Under the pieces are notes generated by a model, which did no database searches, was not told where the DNA came from, and was given only the letters and a program-made list of their open reading frames with translations. Positions 18,784-28,896 of a DNA stretch of 48,583 nucleotides are shown in pieces (within the stretch, counting starts at the first letter, position 1; the number at the start of each line of letters is the position of its first letter). The stretch is taken from positions 1 through 48,583 of the forward strand of contig JALSWC010000154.1 of NCBI GenBank assembly GCA_027060825.1, read 5' to 3'. A program made the translations under genes and the position numbers. This DNA is from Sulfurimonas sp. GTDB lineage: Bacteria; Campylobacterota; Campylobacteria; Campylobacterales; Sulfurimonadaceae.

Positions 18784-20232
18784 CTATTTTTCTCCGTTTG
18801 CTAATTTTTCTAAAGCAAAAACTGCTTGGGTGCGTTTGTTTTTTGCTTGTTGTAGTTGTAAAATCTTCTCTATTTCAAGCGATTGTTTGATGATGACATC
18901 ACTCATAGATACAAGTTTTTCTCTATATCTATATTCATAATTTTTATAAATGGTATTTGCAAGTGTAAGCTCTTTTTTTAGTGAAGCTATTTCAATATCT
19001 ATACTTTTGATTTTTGTTCTTATTTTTGCAAGTTTAAGGGTAATTCCTTCTTTTGCAAGTGCTACTTGAGAACTCATTTTTAAACGATCTAATTTTGCTT
19101 TTTCTAGTTTGGAAGCATCTGTTCCACCATTGAAAAGATTCCATGTAAGTCTTGCCCCTATTGTATAGGCTTTATGGTCACTTGCATGGCCCAAGAAAGT
19201 ATTGTCTGCAGTTGAAACTTCTGCAAATGCACCGACAGTAGGATAGAATGCAGCCTCTGCAGCACCTTGCATAGATTTTCTTACGGCAAGTCCTGTTGTT
19301 GCTTTTTTAATGTCTAAATTAGTTTTTAAAATTTGGGCATCTGTATAAATAGGCATTGCAACATCTTTTTTAGGTGCTTGAATTTCAGTTACTTTTTTAT
19401 TGAGTAAAAAACTAATGTATTGTAAAAGGAGTTCTTTATTTGCTTTCATTTGTACTAAAAGTCTTGTAACATTTCCTTTTTTTGCTTGTACTTCTAAAAG
19501 ATCAACTTTTTTTGCATATCCCACTTCTATCATTGTCTTTGTAGTGTTTTCTAAAGTGTTAATATTGTGCATAACTATATTTAAGTGAGATATAGATGTA
19601 TCAAGGAGTGCTATATCATAGTAACTTTTTCTTAGCTGATATATTTTTTCATTTTTAATTTGCTCTTTGTCAAGCTTTTTCATTTTATACATCTCTTTCA
19701 TGATGTCTTGATAACTAGAAATCGCAAAACCTGTAAAAAGAGGTACTTCGTATTTTAGTGTACTTTGAAAGAAGTTTCTGTATCCTGGGTAATTCAATGT
19801 ATTTGGTGGTGTTGTTAGATATCCTGGATCTTGTTGGCTTTGTGGCATATTGGAAGCACCAAAACCAAAATCACCAAATGTCGCCTCTCTTGAACTAAGT
19901 TTAAATCCAAAAACATTAAGCGCATCATTTGATCTGGCTATATCTTGTTGAAAGGTAAGTTTACCCCAATTCATTCCTGACGCTACGCCTTCATTGGCTT
20001 TTGCTGCTTCTACATCTAGTTTTGCTGCTTTTATTTCCAAGTTTTGTGCTTTTAGAATCTCTAAAGCTTGACTTAGTGTGAGTCCATTTTTCCCTTGAAT
20101 AGTATCAAGAAAGAGTTTATCTTTTTTGTGTGTGGTAAGTATATTATTAGTATCAATATTTTTATCTCCACTGCTTGAGGCTGCATTTGCAACTGCAGTG
20201 AGAAAAAATAGTGTGGCTAAAAGTTTTATCAT
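18784..20232 (-). CDS. TolC family outer-membrane efflux protein
   Basis: Signal peptide, duplicated OEP pattern (PLFTG, WNLFNGG); first gene of the efflux operon. Confidence 0.92.
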   Translation of the reverse strand: MIKLLATLFFLTAVANAASSSGDKNIDTNNILTTHKKDKLFLDTIQGKNGLTLSQALEILKAQNLEIKAAKLDVEAAKANEGVASGMNWGKLTFQQDIARSNDALNVFGFKLSSREATFGDFGFGASNMPQSQQDPGYLTTPPNTLNYPGYRNFFQSTLKYEVPLFTGFAISSYQDIMKEMYKMKKLDKEQIKNEKIYQLRKSYYDIALLDTSISHLNIVMHNINTLENTTKTMIEVGYAKKVDLLEVQAKKGNVTRLLVQMKANKELLLQYISFLLNKKVTEIQAPKKDVAMPIYTDAQILKTNLDIKKATTGLAVRKSMQGAAEAAFYPTVGAFAEVSTADNTFLGHASDHKAYTIGARLTWNLFNGGTDASKLEKAKLDRLKMSSQVALAKEGITLKLAKIRTKIKSIDIEIASLKKELTLANTIYKNYEYRYREKLVSMSDVIIKQSLEIEKILQLQQAKNKRTQAVFALEKLANGEK

Positions 20233-20439
20233 TCTTTTCCCTTCGTTTTTTTCTTTAAAATATTTAACCTAGAATTGTAACATATAATCTTTTTATTTTT
20301 CCTAAATAGCCAATATTCATCATCTATTAAAGTTTTCTTTATAAATTCTAAGCTATTTTAGTGGGTATTGCGTATGTTGTTGTGAGTAGTTTAATGATAA
20401 ATTTTTTGTTGTTTAAAAAAAGGTTCTTATACATGTAGG

Positions 20440-20523
20440 TGGTACCAGAGAGGGGATTTGAACCCCTAAGCCGTGAGGCGGCGGATTTTGAATCCGCTAT
20501 GTATACCGTTCCATCACTCTGGC
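20440..20523 (-). tRNA. tRNA-Leu (anticodon CAA)
   Basis: Reverse complement GCCAGAG...GCGGA-TTCAAAA-TCCGC...AGGGG-TTCAAAT-CCCCT-CTCTGGT-A-CCA. Confidence 0.96.
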
Positions 20524-20561
20524 ATTTTATCTTTGAATTGAAATAATAGTGATTTTTTACT

Positions 20562-20588
20562 TAAAAGTAAATAATTTTATGCCGATTT
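20562..20588 (+). promoter_or_regulatory. sigma28 (FliA) promoter for flgL
   Basis: TAAA-N15-GCCGATTT. Confidence 0.7.
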
Positions 20589-20597
20589 AGCTTGTAA

Positions 20598-20615
20598 TTG
20601 GAACTTTTATTGCTT
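20598..20615 (+). promoter_or_regulatory. sigma54 (RpoN) -24/-12 promoter for flgL
   Basis: TTGGAAC-TTTTA-TTGCTT, GG and GC spaced 12 nt. Confidence 0.8.
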
Positions 20616-20659
20616 TAATAAGCTAAAAGAACAAATATATTTTATTATGGAGGTATATC

Positions 20660-22756
20660 ATGCGTGTAACATCAAGTATGTATTATCAGAATTTATTCGG
20701 TACCAATAATTCAAAACTTAGTAATGATCTTTTTGATGTAAACAAACAAATAGCATCTGGATTAAAAATTCAATATGCATATGATAATGTAACAACTTTT
20801 GCAAAAACCATGAGTCTCGACAACGAAGTAACCACGCTTGGACAAGTTAAAAAAAGTACAGAAAGTGGTTATAAATTTTCAAATCAATCTGATGTTGTAC
20901 TTGGACAATTTGAAACTACTATGAATAAGATGAAAACACTCTTATTGCAAGCTGCTAATGGAGATCATGATAATGTATCACAGGACGCCATTGCAAAGGA
21001 ACTGCGAGGAGAAGAGAAAAATCTTAAATCTTTGGCAAATTCTTCTATAAATGGAAAGTATCTTTTTTCTGGTTCTATAGCCGATGTAAAACCCATAGAT
21101 TCAAACGGAAAGTATCATGGTAATGGTAAATCATTGGAAGCTGTTTTAGGATCAAATAATAAGCAAGAGTATAATTTATCAGGAAAAGATTTGTTTTTGG
21201 GTAATGAAACACAAATAAGTAGAGAAATAACTTCTAATAAAGATAATATCAATCTTTTAAAGGACTATCCTCAGTTGCAGGCTTCAGAAGATGATAAAAA
21301 ACCACTGAGTCCTTCTAGCACTATTCGTAACCTCATGGGAGATACTGATGATAAGGTAGATAATACAAATAAAAAGCACTTTTTTTATCTTAGGGGAAGA
21401 AGAAGTGATGGAACTGCTTTTAAAGATAAATTTGCTATGAAAGATACACAAAAAGTTTCAGATCTTTTAAAACAGATTGGTGATGAATATGGTAATACTA
21501 TTAATTCTAAGATTGTCAATGTTTCCTTAAATCCTTCGGGAGATATTGTTGTTCAAGATAAACAAAAAGGTTCAAGTAAGTTAGATTTTCAAATGGTTGG
21601 AGCAACTGATTTTAGTGGTGGTAATGCAGCAAATGTAAATAAAATAGATGATCTTGATTCTGGTGAAACTGATTTTAATAAAATTATAAATGGAACTTCA
21701 AAAGCTGCTAATAAAAAGCTCTATATAAAAGAGTTCAATATTTCAGATTTAAAACCTTCAAGTGGAAGTAGCGTTAAAAACATAGATGGTCTTATTTATG
21801 ATAGAGCAAATTTTACAAAAGATGGTTCTACATTGAGTGCAGATGCACCACAGATAACACGAAAAGATAATAAATTTGCAACACCTTCCACAACACTTGC
21901 TGAAGTAGCAGATCTCTCACAAGGTTCTGCTGGTACACTTGATGGAACAAAATTAAAACTTGTAGGAAAAAATATTAATGGTGATAAATATGATATATCT
22001 GTTAATCTAAAAAGTACAAGTAATGGTGGTTCTACTTTTACAGATAATGTTAGTGGCAATACTTATACAATTTACAATATGAAGACACCTCGTAGTGCAA
22101 CAGATGCAGATAAAGTTACTTACCAACAAATTATGGATGTAACAAATATGGCTGTAACAGATAATTTTCCTGCTGGAAACAGTGCTACTGCGTATGATAC
22201 TGCAATTAAAGAAGCAGATAAATCAGGGACTATAGGTTTGAGCTATGATGGAAAAATTAACTTTAACGATAAAACATCAAATGACACATCAGCCACAATT
22301 TCTATGTATGATAGCAACAGTGGTGATTTTACAAAAGATGCTTCTGTAATGACTTTTAATACAAATGATTCATTATCAATTCGTGATCCTAAAACAGATT
22401 TTTTTAAAACTATTGATGAAGTGATTAGTTCTGTTGAAGAGCATAAAAATTATCCTGATGCAAAAGATGGAAATCCAAAAACGATTGGAATTGAAAATGC
22501 TATACAAAAAATGGATGATCTCAGTACACATGTTGCTCGTATGCACTCTAAGGTTGGGGCACAATCAAATACGCTCAATACATTTTTAGAGCAAACAAAA
22601 TTGCTAGAGGTAAGTACTAAATCACTTCGATCATCAGTAGTAGATACGGATATGGCAGAATCTGCTTTAAAATTACAGCAATTAAATCTCAACTATCAAG
22701 CAATGCTCTCCACTGTGGGAAAAGTTTCAAAACTTAGTTTAGTAAATTATCTTTAA
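20660..22756 (+). CDS. flgL: Flagellar hook-associated protein 3
   Basis: Flagellin-like termini: MRVT...QIASGLKI, LANSSINGKYLFSG, DTDMAE...LSLVNYL. Confidence 0.9.
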   Translation: MRVTSSMYYQNLFGTNNSKLSNDLFDVNKQIASGLKIQYAYDNVTTFAKTMSLDNEVTTLGQVKKSTESGYKFSNQSDVVLGQFETTMNKMKTLLLQAANGDHDNVSQDAIAKELRGEEKNLKSLANSSINGKYLFSGSIADVKPIDSNGKYHGNGKSLEAVLGSNNKQEYNLSGKDLFLGNETQISREITSNKDNINLLKDYPQLQASEDDKKPLSPSSTIRNLMGDTDDKVDNTNKKHFFYLRGRRSDGTAFKDKFAMKDTQKVSDLLKQIGDEYGNTINSKIVNVSLNPSGDIVVQDKQKGSSKLDFQMVGATDFSGGNAANVNKIDDLDSGETDFNKIINGTSKAANKKLYIKEFNISDLKPSSGSSVKNIDGLIYDRANFTKDGSTLSADAPQITRKDNKFATPSTTLAEVADLSQGSAGTLDGTKLKLVGKNINGDKYDISVNLKSTSNGGSTFTDNVSGNTYTIYNMKTPRSATDADKVTYQQIMDVTNMAVTDNFPAGNSATAYDTAIKEADKSGTIGLSYDGKINFNDKTSNDTSATISMYDSNSGDFTKDASVMTFNTNDSLSIRDPKTDFFKTIDEVISSVEEHKNYPDAKDGNPKTIGIENAIQKMDDLSTHVARMHSKVGAQSNTLNTFLEQTKLLEVSTKSLRSSVVDTDMAESALKLQQLNLNYQAMLSTVGKVSKLSLVNYL

Positions 22757-22837
22757 ATTAATAGCTATACTTTTTTAGATATACTTCATTTAGATTTCTC
22801 TTGAGAAGTCTATAATTTATTTAAAAGGTTTTTTACT

Positions 22838-25132
22838 TTGAAAGATACGCTCTACATTATATTTTTTGGTTTACTTATTTACTTCGGATTTGCTACAATT
22901 TTTGGAAATAGTGGCTTTATTGGTTCTTATGGTGCATCGTTTGCATTTTATAATAAACTCTATTTTGGGTATGTTGCTTATGTCTGGCCTTTTACACTGC
23001 TTGTACCTCTATATTTCTCCTATATTGATGCTCATTTTGACTTTAGAGTTTCAGAATTGATTTTAGCGTCTTTTTTGCTGTCATACTCATTTTTACTTGC
23101 ACAGTCTCTTCTTATAGAGGGAGCTTTTCGAGGCAAATTTGGGGCTGATTTTGTAGATTTTCTATCTCCTTATATTGGGTCTTTTGGTTTATGGATTTTT
23201 TGGTTTATTATTACAGCTGTTGCTATTATAATAATAGCAGATAAAAGTTCTTCTCAAATCCTTGCTATTTTATACTCTTTGATAAAAGAGAAAACTTCAA
23301 AAATAGATTTTTCATCAAAACCATCAGAGCTTCCTAGAAAAGAGATAAAAATAAAAAGAAGAACACTATTAAAACAAGAAGAACCTATTGAAATAGAAAG
23401 CAAAGTACATAATAAAGTTGCAAAAGAAGTAAAAATAGAAGAAGAAAAAAATCTTCAGAATATAGTGCCAGTTATGAACAATGAAATTATTTTAGAAGAA
23501 GATATAGATAAGCCTACATATCTTCGTCATGAAAAAATCAAACAAAAAGAGATAAAACAAGAAAAGACGCAAAAAGAAGAAACAAAACAAGAAGAGATAA
23601 AACAAGAAGAGACAAAAAATATTCTTGATACTCCAACAGAAGTGAAAGAGAAAAAGGATACTGTAATAGTAAATGAACTTGAAGAAAATAAAAAACTTTT
23701 AGCTAATATAGAGACAGGTAAAGTCGATAAACCAAAAAACTTTCAACTCCCATCTGTTGACTTTTTACAAAAACCAAAGGTAAATAAGCATACGATTGAT
23801 GAGAGTGAACTTGATGATAAGATACGCTATCTTATAGATAAACTTGCACACTTTAAAATAGATGGAGATGTGGTGCGAACTTACGCTGGACCTGTTGTCT
23901 CTACATTTGAATTTAAACCTGCAGCAAATGTAAAAGTAAGTAAAATCTTAAATCTACAAGATGATTTGGCAATGGCACTCTCAGCAGAGACTATTCGTAT
24001 TCAGGCGCCAATTCCTGGTAAAAATGTTGTGGGAATTGAGATACCAAATGAGACAGTAGATACCATTTATTTAAGAGAATTACTTGATGATAAACTCTTT
24101 AAAGATTCATCTTCACCACTCACTATTGCACTTGGAAAAGATATTGTAGGAAAACCTTTTGTAACAGATTTGAAAAAGCTTCCTCATTTACTTATAGCTG
24201 GAACAACAGGAAGTGGAAAGAGTGTGGGAATAAATGCCATGATACTTTCACTACTCTATAAAAACTCTCCTGATCAGTTGCGTTTACTTATGATTGATCC
24301 AAAGATGCTTGAGTTTTCTATTTACAATGACATTCCACATCTTCTTACACCAGTCATTACAAAGCCAAAACAGGCAATAGCAGCTCTTAATAATATGGTA
24401 GCTGAGATGGAACGCCGTTATGAATTGATGGCTGATAGCCGTACGAAAAATATTGAAAACTATAATGAAAAAATTAAAAAAATAGGTGGTGAGCATTTTC
24501 CTTACATTGTTGTTATTATAGATGAACTTGCTGACTTGATGATGACAAGTGGTAAAGATGTAGAGATTTCAATTGCGCGTCTTGCCCAAAAATCTCGTGC
24601 ATGTGGTATTCACCTTATTGTTGCTACACAGCGTCCTTCTGTAGATGTTGTTACGGGTCTCATCAAAGCGAATCTTCCATCAAGAATATCGTATAGAGTA
24701 GGGCAAAAGATTGACTCTAAAATTATTTTAGATCAGATAGGTGCAGAGTCCCTTTTAGGAAGAGGAGATATGCTTTTTACTCCTCCCGGGGCAACAGGTC
24801 TTGTTCGTTTACATGCCCCATGGGCAACGGAAGAAGAGATAGAGAATATTGTTGAATTTATAAAATCTCAAAGAGAGGCAAATTATGATAAGAGCTTCTT
24901 AATGGAAGAGAGTGATGTTGGTAGTTCCTCATCAAATGAATCATATGAAGAGTTAGATTCTCTTTATGAAGAGGCAAAAAATATTGTTCTAACAGATAAA
25001 AAAACTTCTATCTCTTACTTACAAAGAAAATTACAGATAGGATATAACCGTTCTGCTAGGGTTGTTGAACAATTAGAGCATGAGGGTGTTCTTTCTGCAC
25101 CTAATGCAAAAGGTATAAGAGAGATACTTTAG
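22838..25132 (+). CDS. ftsK: DNA translocase FtsK
   Basis: N-terminal TMs, PHLLIAGTTGSGKS, IDELADLM, ATQRPS, gamma domain LQRKLQIGYNRSAR. Confidence 0.96.
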   Translation: MKDTLYIIFFGLLIYFGFATIFGNSGFIGSYGASFAFYNKLYFGYVAYVWPFTLLVPLYFSYIDAHFDFRVSELILASFLLSYSFLLAQSLLIEGAFRGKFGADFVDFLSPYIGSFGLWIFWFIITAVAIIIIADKSSSQILAILYSLIKEKTSKIDFSSKPSELPRKEIKIKRRTLLKQEEPIEIESKVHNKVAKEVKIEEEKNLQNIVPVMNNEIILEEDIDKPTYLRHEKIKQKEIKQEKTQKEETKQEEIKQEETKNILDTPTEVKEKKDTVIVNELEENKKLLANIETGKVDKPKNFQLPSVDFLQKPKVNKHTIDESELDDKIRYLIDKLAHFKIDGDVVRTYAGPVVSTFEFKPAANVKVSKILNLQDDLAMALSAETIRIQAPIPGKNVVGIEIPNETVDTIYLRELLDDKLFKDSSSPLTIALGKDIVGKPFVTDLKKLPHLLIAGTTGSGKSVGINAMILSLLYKNSPDQLRLLMIDPKMLEFSIYNDIPHLLTPVITKPKQAIAALNNMVAEMERRYELMADSRTKNIENYNEKIKKIGGEHFPYIVVIIDELADLMMTSGKDVEISIARLAQKSRACGIHLIVATQRPSVDVVTGLIKANLPSRISYRVGQKIDSKIILDQIGAESLLGRGDMLFTPPGATGLVRLHAPWATEEEIENIVEFIKSQREANYDKSFLMEESDVGSSSSNESYEELDSLYEEAKNIVLTDKKTSISYLQRKLQIGYNRSARVVEQLEHEGVLSAPNAKGIREIL
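23540..23614 (+). repeat. Five imperfect 15-bp tandem repeats in the ftsK linker (KQKEI/KQEKT/QKEET/KQEEI/KQEET)
   Basis: aaacaaaaagagata, aaacaagaaaagacg, caaaaagaagaaaca, aaacaagaagagata, aaacaagaagagaca. Confidence 0.8.
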
Positions 25133-25527
25133 TGAAAAAAATTGAGCTTGTATTTACTGAACATTTAAACTCTTTTAGTGTCTTTGTAAAAAACTTAGAG
25201 CAACTCAGTGTTGTGCAGATTCAAGAACTACAAAAATTTGTTCTTGTTCGACATGGATATTTTGATTTTAATAGTTTTACTTTTTCTATTCAAAAAAGAA
25301 TTACAATTACAGAGTTTAAAAAATTAATATCTTCTTTAAATATAGACGCTATTGTTACACAAAAAGAGGTACTTCAAACAACCTCTTCTAAACAAGTTAA
25401 TTTTGGAAAATACAAGGGTATGCTCTACAGCGAAGTGCCTGACTCTTATCTACTATGGCTTAAGAAAAATTATAATGGTGAAGATAGGGCAATAATTGTA
25501 AGCGAACTGAAAAAGAGAAAGCTTTAA
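25132..25527 (+). CDS. Hypothetical protein with C-terminal FGKYKG..YLxW domain (DUF3820/QSregVF-like)
   Basis: VNFGKYKGMLYSEVPDSYLLWL; GTG start overlaps the ftsK stop. Confidence 0.75.
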   Translation: MKKIELVFTEHLNSFSVFVKNLEQLSVVQIQELQKFVLVRHGYFDFNSFTFSIQKRITITEFKKLISSLNIDAIVTQKEVLQTTSSKQVNFGKYKGMLYSEVPDSYLLWLKKNYNGEDRAIIVSELKKRKL

Positions 25528-25530
25528 AGA

Positions 25531-25623
25531 TGTTACATTTTTTCACATATTGTAAGTAAAATAAAATTATACTGTTTCATCGTGTAACACTATTGTATAA
25601 GTCACAATTCTTTAAGATATAAT
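25531..25623 (+). promoter_or_regulatory. acnB promoter region with 10-bp-phased TGT(T/A)(A/T)CA repeats and a -10 box
   Basis: TGTTACA 25531, TTTCACA 25541, TGTAAG 25551, TGTTTCA 25573, TGTAACA 25583; TATAAT 25618-25623. Confidence 0.55.
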
Positions 25624-25655
25624 ACTTGAATATTAAACTTAACATAGGAATTATT

Positions 25656-28202
25656 ATGGGATTTATTGAAGAATATAGAGCAGATGTAGCACAAAGAGAG
25701 GCTTTAGGTGTTCCACCTTTACCACTTACTGCTGCACAAACTGTAGATGTAATTGAGTCAATCAAAGTAGGTGAAAATGTAGCAGAAATGCTTGAACTTT
25801 TACGCAACCGTGTTTCTCCTGGTGTCGATGATGCTGCGTATGTAAAAGCAGCATTTTTAAATGAAGTTGCGTCTGAAGAACATCATGTAGCATCAATCGC
25901 ACCAGAAGAAGCAGTTCAAATGTTAGGAATGATGCTTGGGGGTTATAATGTTAAACCTTTAATTAATTGTTTAACTTCAAAAAATATAAAAGTTGTTGAA
26001 TCAGCAGTTGAAGCACTTTCACATACTCTTTTAGTTTATGATGCTTTTAATGATGTTGAAGAACTACATAAAAAAGGTGTAAATGCAGCGAGTCAAGTTT
26101 TAGCATCTTGGGCAGAAGCTGAATGGTTCACTTCAAAACCTGCCTTAGCTGATAAGATTACTGTAACAGTATTTAAAGTGGCTGGCGAAACGAATACTGA
26201 TGATTTATCTCCTGCATCTGAAGCATTTACTCGTTCAGATATTCCTCTTCATGCAAACTCTATGCTAGCTGCTAAAATGGAAGATCCAATAGGTACTATT
26301 AATAAACTAAAAGAGCTTGGACATCCAGTTGCTTATGTTGGTGATGTTGTTGGAACTGGTTCATCAAGAAAATCAGGTATTAACTCTGTGCAGTGGCATA
26401 TGGGCGAAGATATTTCTGGTGTTCCAAACAAGCGTACAGGTGGGGTTATTCTTGGTGGAATTATTGCTCCTATCTTTTTTGCAACTGCAGAAGATTCAGG
26501 TGCGCTTCCTTTAGAACTTGATGTAACACAAATGGAAACTGGAGATGTAATTGACATTTTCCCATATAAAGGTGAAGCACATAAAAATGGCGAGTGTATT
26601 GCAACTTTTACTCTTCGTCCAAATACAATTACTGATGAAGTTCGTGCTGGTGGGCGTATTCCTCTTATTATTGGCCGTGGTCTTACTTCTAAAGCTCGTA
26701 GTGTTTTAGGATTTGATGCTACTAATATCTTCCTTACAGCAGAACAACCTGCAGATAATGGTAAAGGCTATACTCTTGCACAAAAAATGGTTGGAAAAGC
26801 ATCTGGTTTAGAAGGTGTTCGCCCAGGTATGTATGTAGAACCTGAAATGAGTACTGTTGGTTCTCAAGATACAACGGGTCCTATGACAAGAGATGAAATT
26901 AAAGAGTTAGCAGCACTTGGATTTAATGCTGATTTAGTAATGCAATCATTTTGTCATACAGCAGCATATCCAAAACCATCAGATGTAACAATGCACCATA
27001 CTCTTCCAGATTTTATAGCAAACCGTTCAGGTGTTGCTCTTCGTCCTGGTGATGGTGTTATACATTCATGGTTAAATAGAATGGTTCTTCCAGATACTGT
27101 TGGTACTGGTGCAGATAGCCATACTCGTTTTCCTATTGGTATCTCTTTTCCTGGTGGTTCAGGAATTGTTGCATTCGCTGGTGTAACTGGTTCTATGCCT
27201 CTTACTATGCCAGAATCTGTTCTTGTAAAATTTAAAGGTGAAATGCAAGCAGGTATTACACTTCGTGACCTTGTAAATGCTATTCCTCATCAAGCAATTA
27301 AAGAGGGACTTTTAACTGTTGAGAAAAAGGGTAAGAAAAATATCTTTGCTGGTCGTATTTTAGAGATTCAAGGGCTTCCTGACTTAAAAGCTGAACAAGC
27401 ATTTGAGCTTTCTGATGCTTCTGCTGAGCGTTCGGCTGCAGCGTGTACAGTACAACTGAATAAAGAACCTGTAATTGAGTATTTAAAATCAAATGTTGTT
27501 CTTTTAGAACAAATGATTGAAGCTGGCTATGAAGATCATAGAACACTTCGTCGTCGTATTTCAAAAATGGAAGAGTGGATTGAAAATCCTTCACTTATGA
27601 AAGCAGATGAAGATGCCGAGTATGCTGCAGTAATTGAAATTGACTTAAATGAAATTACAGAGCCAATTTTAGCATGTCCTAACGACCCTGATGATGTAGC
27701 AACACTTTCAGAAGTTTTAGCATCTAATAGACCGACAAAAATTGATGAAGTATTTGTTGGTTCTTGTATGACAAATATTGGTCATTATCGTGCTTTAGGT
27801 GAGGTTTTAAAAGGTGAGGGTGCTGTACCGACACGCTTATGGGTATGTCCTCCAACAAAAATGGATGCAAAACAATTATCAGACGAAGGGTATTACTCTC
27901 TATTTGGTGCTGCTGGTGCTAGAACTGAAATTCCTGGATGTTCTTTATGTATGGGGAATCAAGCGCGTGTTGCTGATGAAGCTGTTGTATTTTCAACATC
28001 AACTCGTAACTTTGATAATCGTTTAGGTAAGGGTGCTCAAGTCTATTTAGGTTCAGCAGAACTTGCAGCAGTATGTTCTCTTCTTGGTAAAATTCCAACA
28101 AAAGAAGAGTATATTGCATTAACTCAAAAAATTCAAGGTAAAGAAGCAGATATTTATAAATATCTTAACTTTAACCTTATTCAAGATTATAAACTTAACT
28201 AG
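25656..28202 (+). CDS. acnB: Aconitate hydratase B
   Basis: [47 protein letters not shown]. Start moved to ATG 25656 behind AGGA. Confidence 0.97.
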   Translation: MGFIEEYRADVAQREALGVPPLPLTAAQTVDVIESIKVGENVAEMLELLRNRVSPGVDDAAYVKAAFLNEVASEEHHVASIAPEEAVQMLGMMLGGYNVKPLINCLTSKNIKVVESAVEALSHTLLVYDAFNDVEELHKKGVNAASQVLASWAEAEWFTSKPALADKITVTVFKVAGETNTDDLSPASEAFTRSDIPLHANSMLAAKMEDPIGTINKLKELGHPVAYVGDVVGTGSSRKSGINSVQWHMGEDISGVPNKRTGGVILGGIIAPIFFATAEDSGALPLELDVTQMETGDVIDIFPYKGEAHKNGECIATFTLRPNTITDEVRAGGRIPLIIGRGLTSKARSVLGFDATNIFLTAEQPADNGKGYTLAQKMVGKASGLEGVRPGMYVEPEMSTVGSQDTTGPMTRDEIKELAALGFNADLVMQSFCHTAAYPKPSDVTMHHTLPDFIANRSGVALRPGDGVIHSWLNRMVLPDTVGTGADSHTRFPIGISFPGGSGIVAFAGVTGSMPLTMPESVLVKFKGEMQAGITLRDLVNAIPHQAIKEGLLTVEKKGKKNIFAGRILEIQGLPDLKAEQAFELSDASAERSAAACTVQLNKEPVIEYLKSNVVLLEQMIEAGYEDHRTLRRRISKMEEWIENPSLMKADEDAEYAAVIEIDLNEITEPILACPNDPDDVATLSEVLASNRPTKIDEVFVGSCMTNIGHYRALGEVLKGEGAVPTRLWVCPPTKMDAKQLSDEGYYSLFGAAGARTEIPGCSLCMGNQARVADEAVVFSTSTRNFDNRLGKGAQVYLGSAELAAVCSLLGKIPTKEEYIALTQKIQGKEADIYKYLNFNLIQDYKLN

Positions 28203-28214
28203 TTTATAATCTCC

Positions 28215-28243
28215 ATGAGAAGCATAATTTTTTTGCTTCTCAT
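28215..28243. terminator. Hairpin between convergent acnB and lolA (probable bidirectional terminator)
   Basis: ATGAGAAGCA ... TGCTTCTCAT perfect 10-bp stem. Confidence 0.7.
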
Positions 28244-28759
28244 TTATTCTTTAATCAAATCGTAATCTTCTGGGATTTGTGGCACAAAGATTTTGTCTTT
28301 TATTTTTTCATCTGTTTTTGTATCTGTAAAGTTTATAGTAATTTTATTATCAAGTTCATCTTTGTATGATATGGAGACTAAAATACCATTATTTATTGTG
28401 AGTAAATATTTTTTTCCTTTAAAGTTTGCAAGATAATGTCTATTATCTATTTTTTTTGCATTTTTTATTAAAGAAAAAAAATCAAAATTATTGCCTATTT
28501 TTTTAATAATAGCCTGTTCTAATTCGGGTTCAACAATAATAATTTTATGTGGAAGTATATAAACTTTTTTTTCTACAGGTGATTTGTATTGCCACAGAGC
28601 ATATTGTGGTCTTGTTGCTTTAATACTTCCTTTATATGTAACGGTTTGATTATGGTCATCTACTATATTTTGAGTAAAATTAGCTTCAAAATATTGAATG
28701 TTTTTAATGTCTGCTTGAGCAGCAACTGCAACGAGTGCTAAAAATAGTAACTTTTTCAT
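28244..28759 (-). CDS. lolA: Outer-membrane lipoprotein chaperone LolA
   Basis: Signal peptide, FEANFTQ, RPQYALWQY, EPELEQA; divergent from secA. Confidence 0.88.
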   Translation of the reverse strand: MKKLLFLALVAVAAQADIKNIQYFEANFTQNIVDDHNQTVTYKGSIKATRPQYALWQYKSPVEKKVYILPHKIIIVEPELEQAIIKKIGNNFDFFSLIKNAKKIDNRHYLANFKGKKYLLTINNGILVSISYKDELDNKITINFTDTKTDEKIKDKIFVPQIPEDYDLIKE

Positions 28760-28896
28760 TTTTTTCTTTCCTCTTGGTTTGTAAGAAATTATAGCAAATT
28801 ATCTATTTATACTTTTTATTATGTTTAATGTGATAAAATAAAATAATTTAAATAATTACTATATAGTAAATTATATAGTACAAAATAAGGTTGCAA

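Noticed and set aside
20270-20282. TGTTACA upstream of tolC as another copy of the TCA motif
   Set aside because: Lacks the second TGTA and is better explained as an extended -10 (TGtTACAAT) on the minus strand
20660-22756. Unusually long FlgL, or a flagellin
   Set aside because: Large central insertions are normal for campylobacteral FlgL, and the termini match FlgL rather than flagellin
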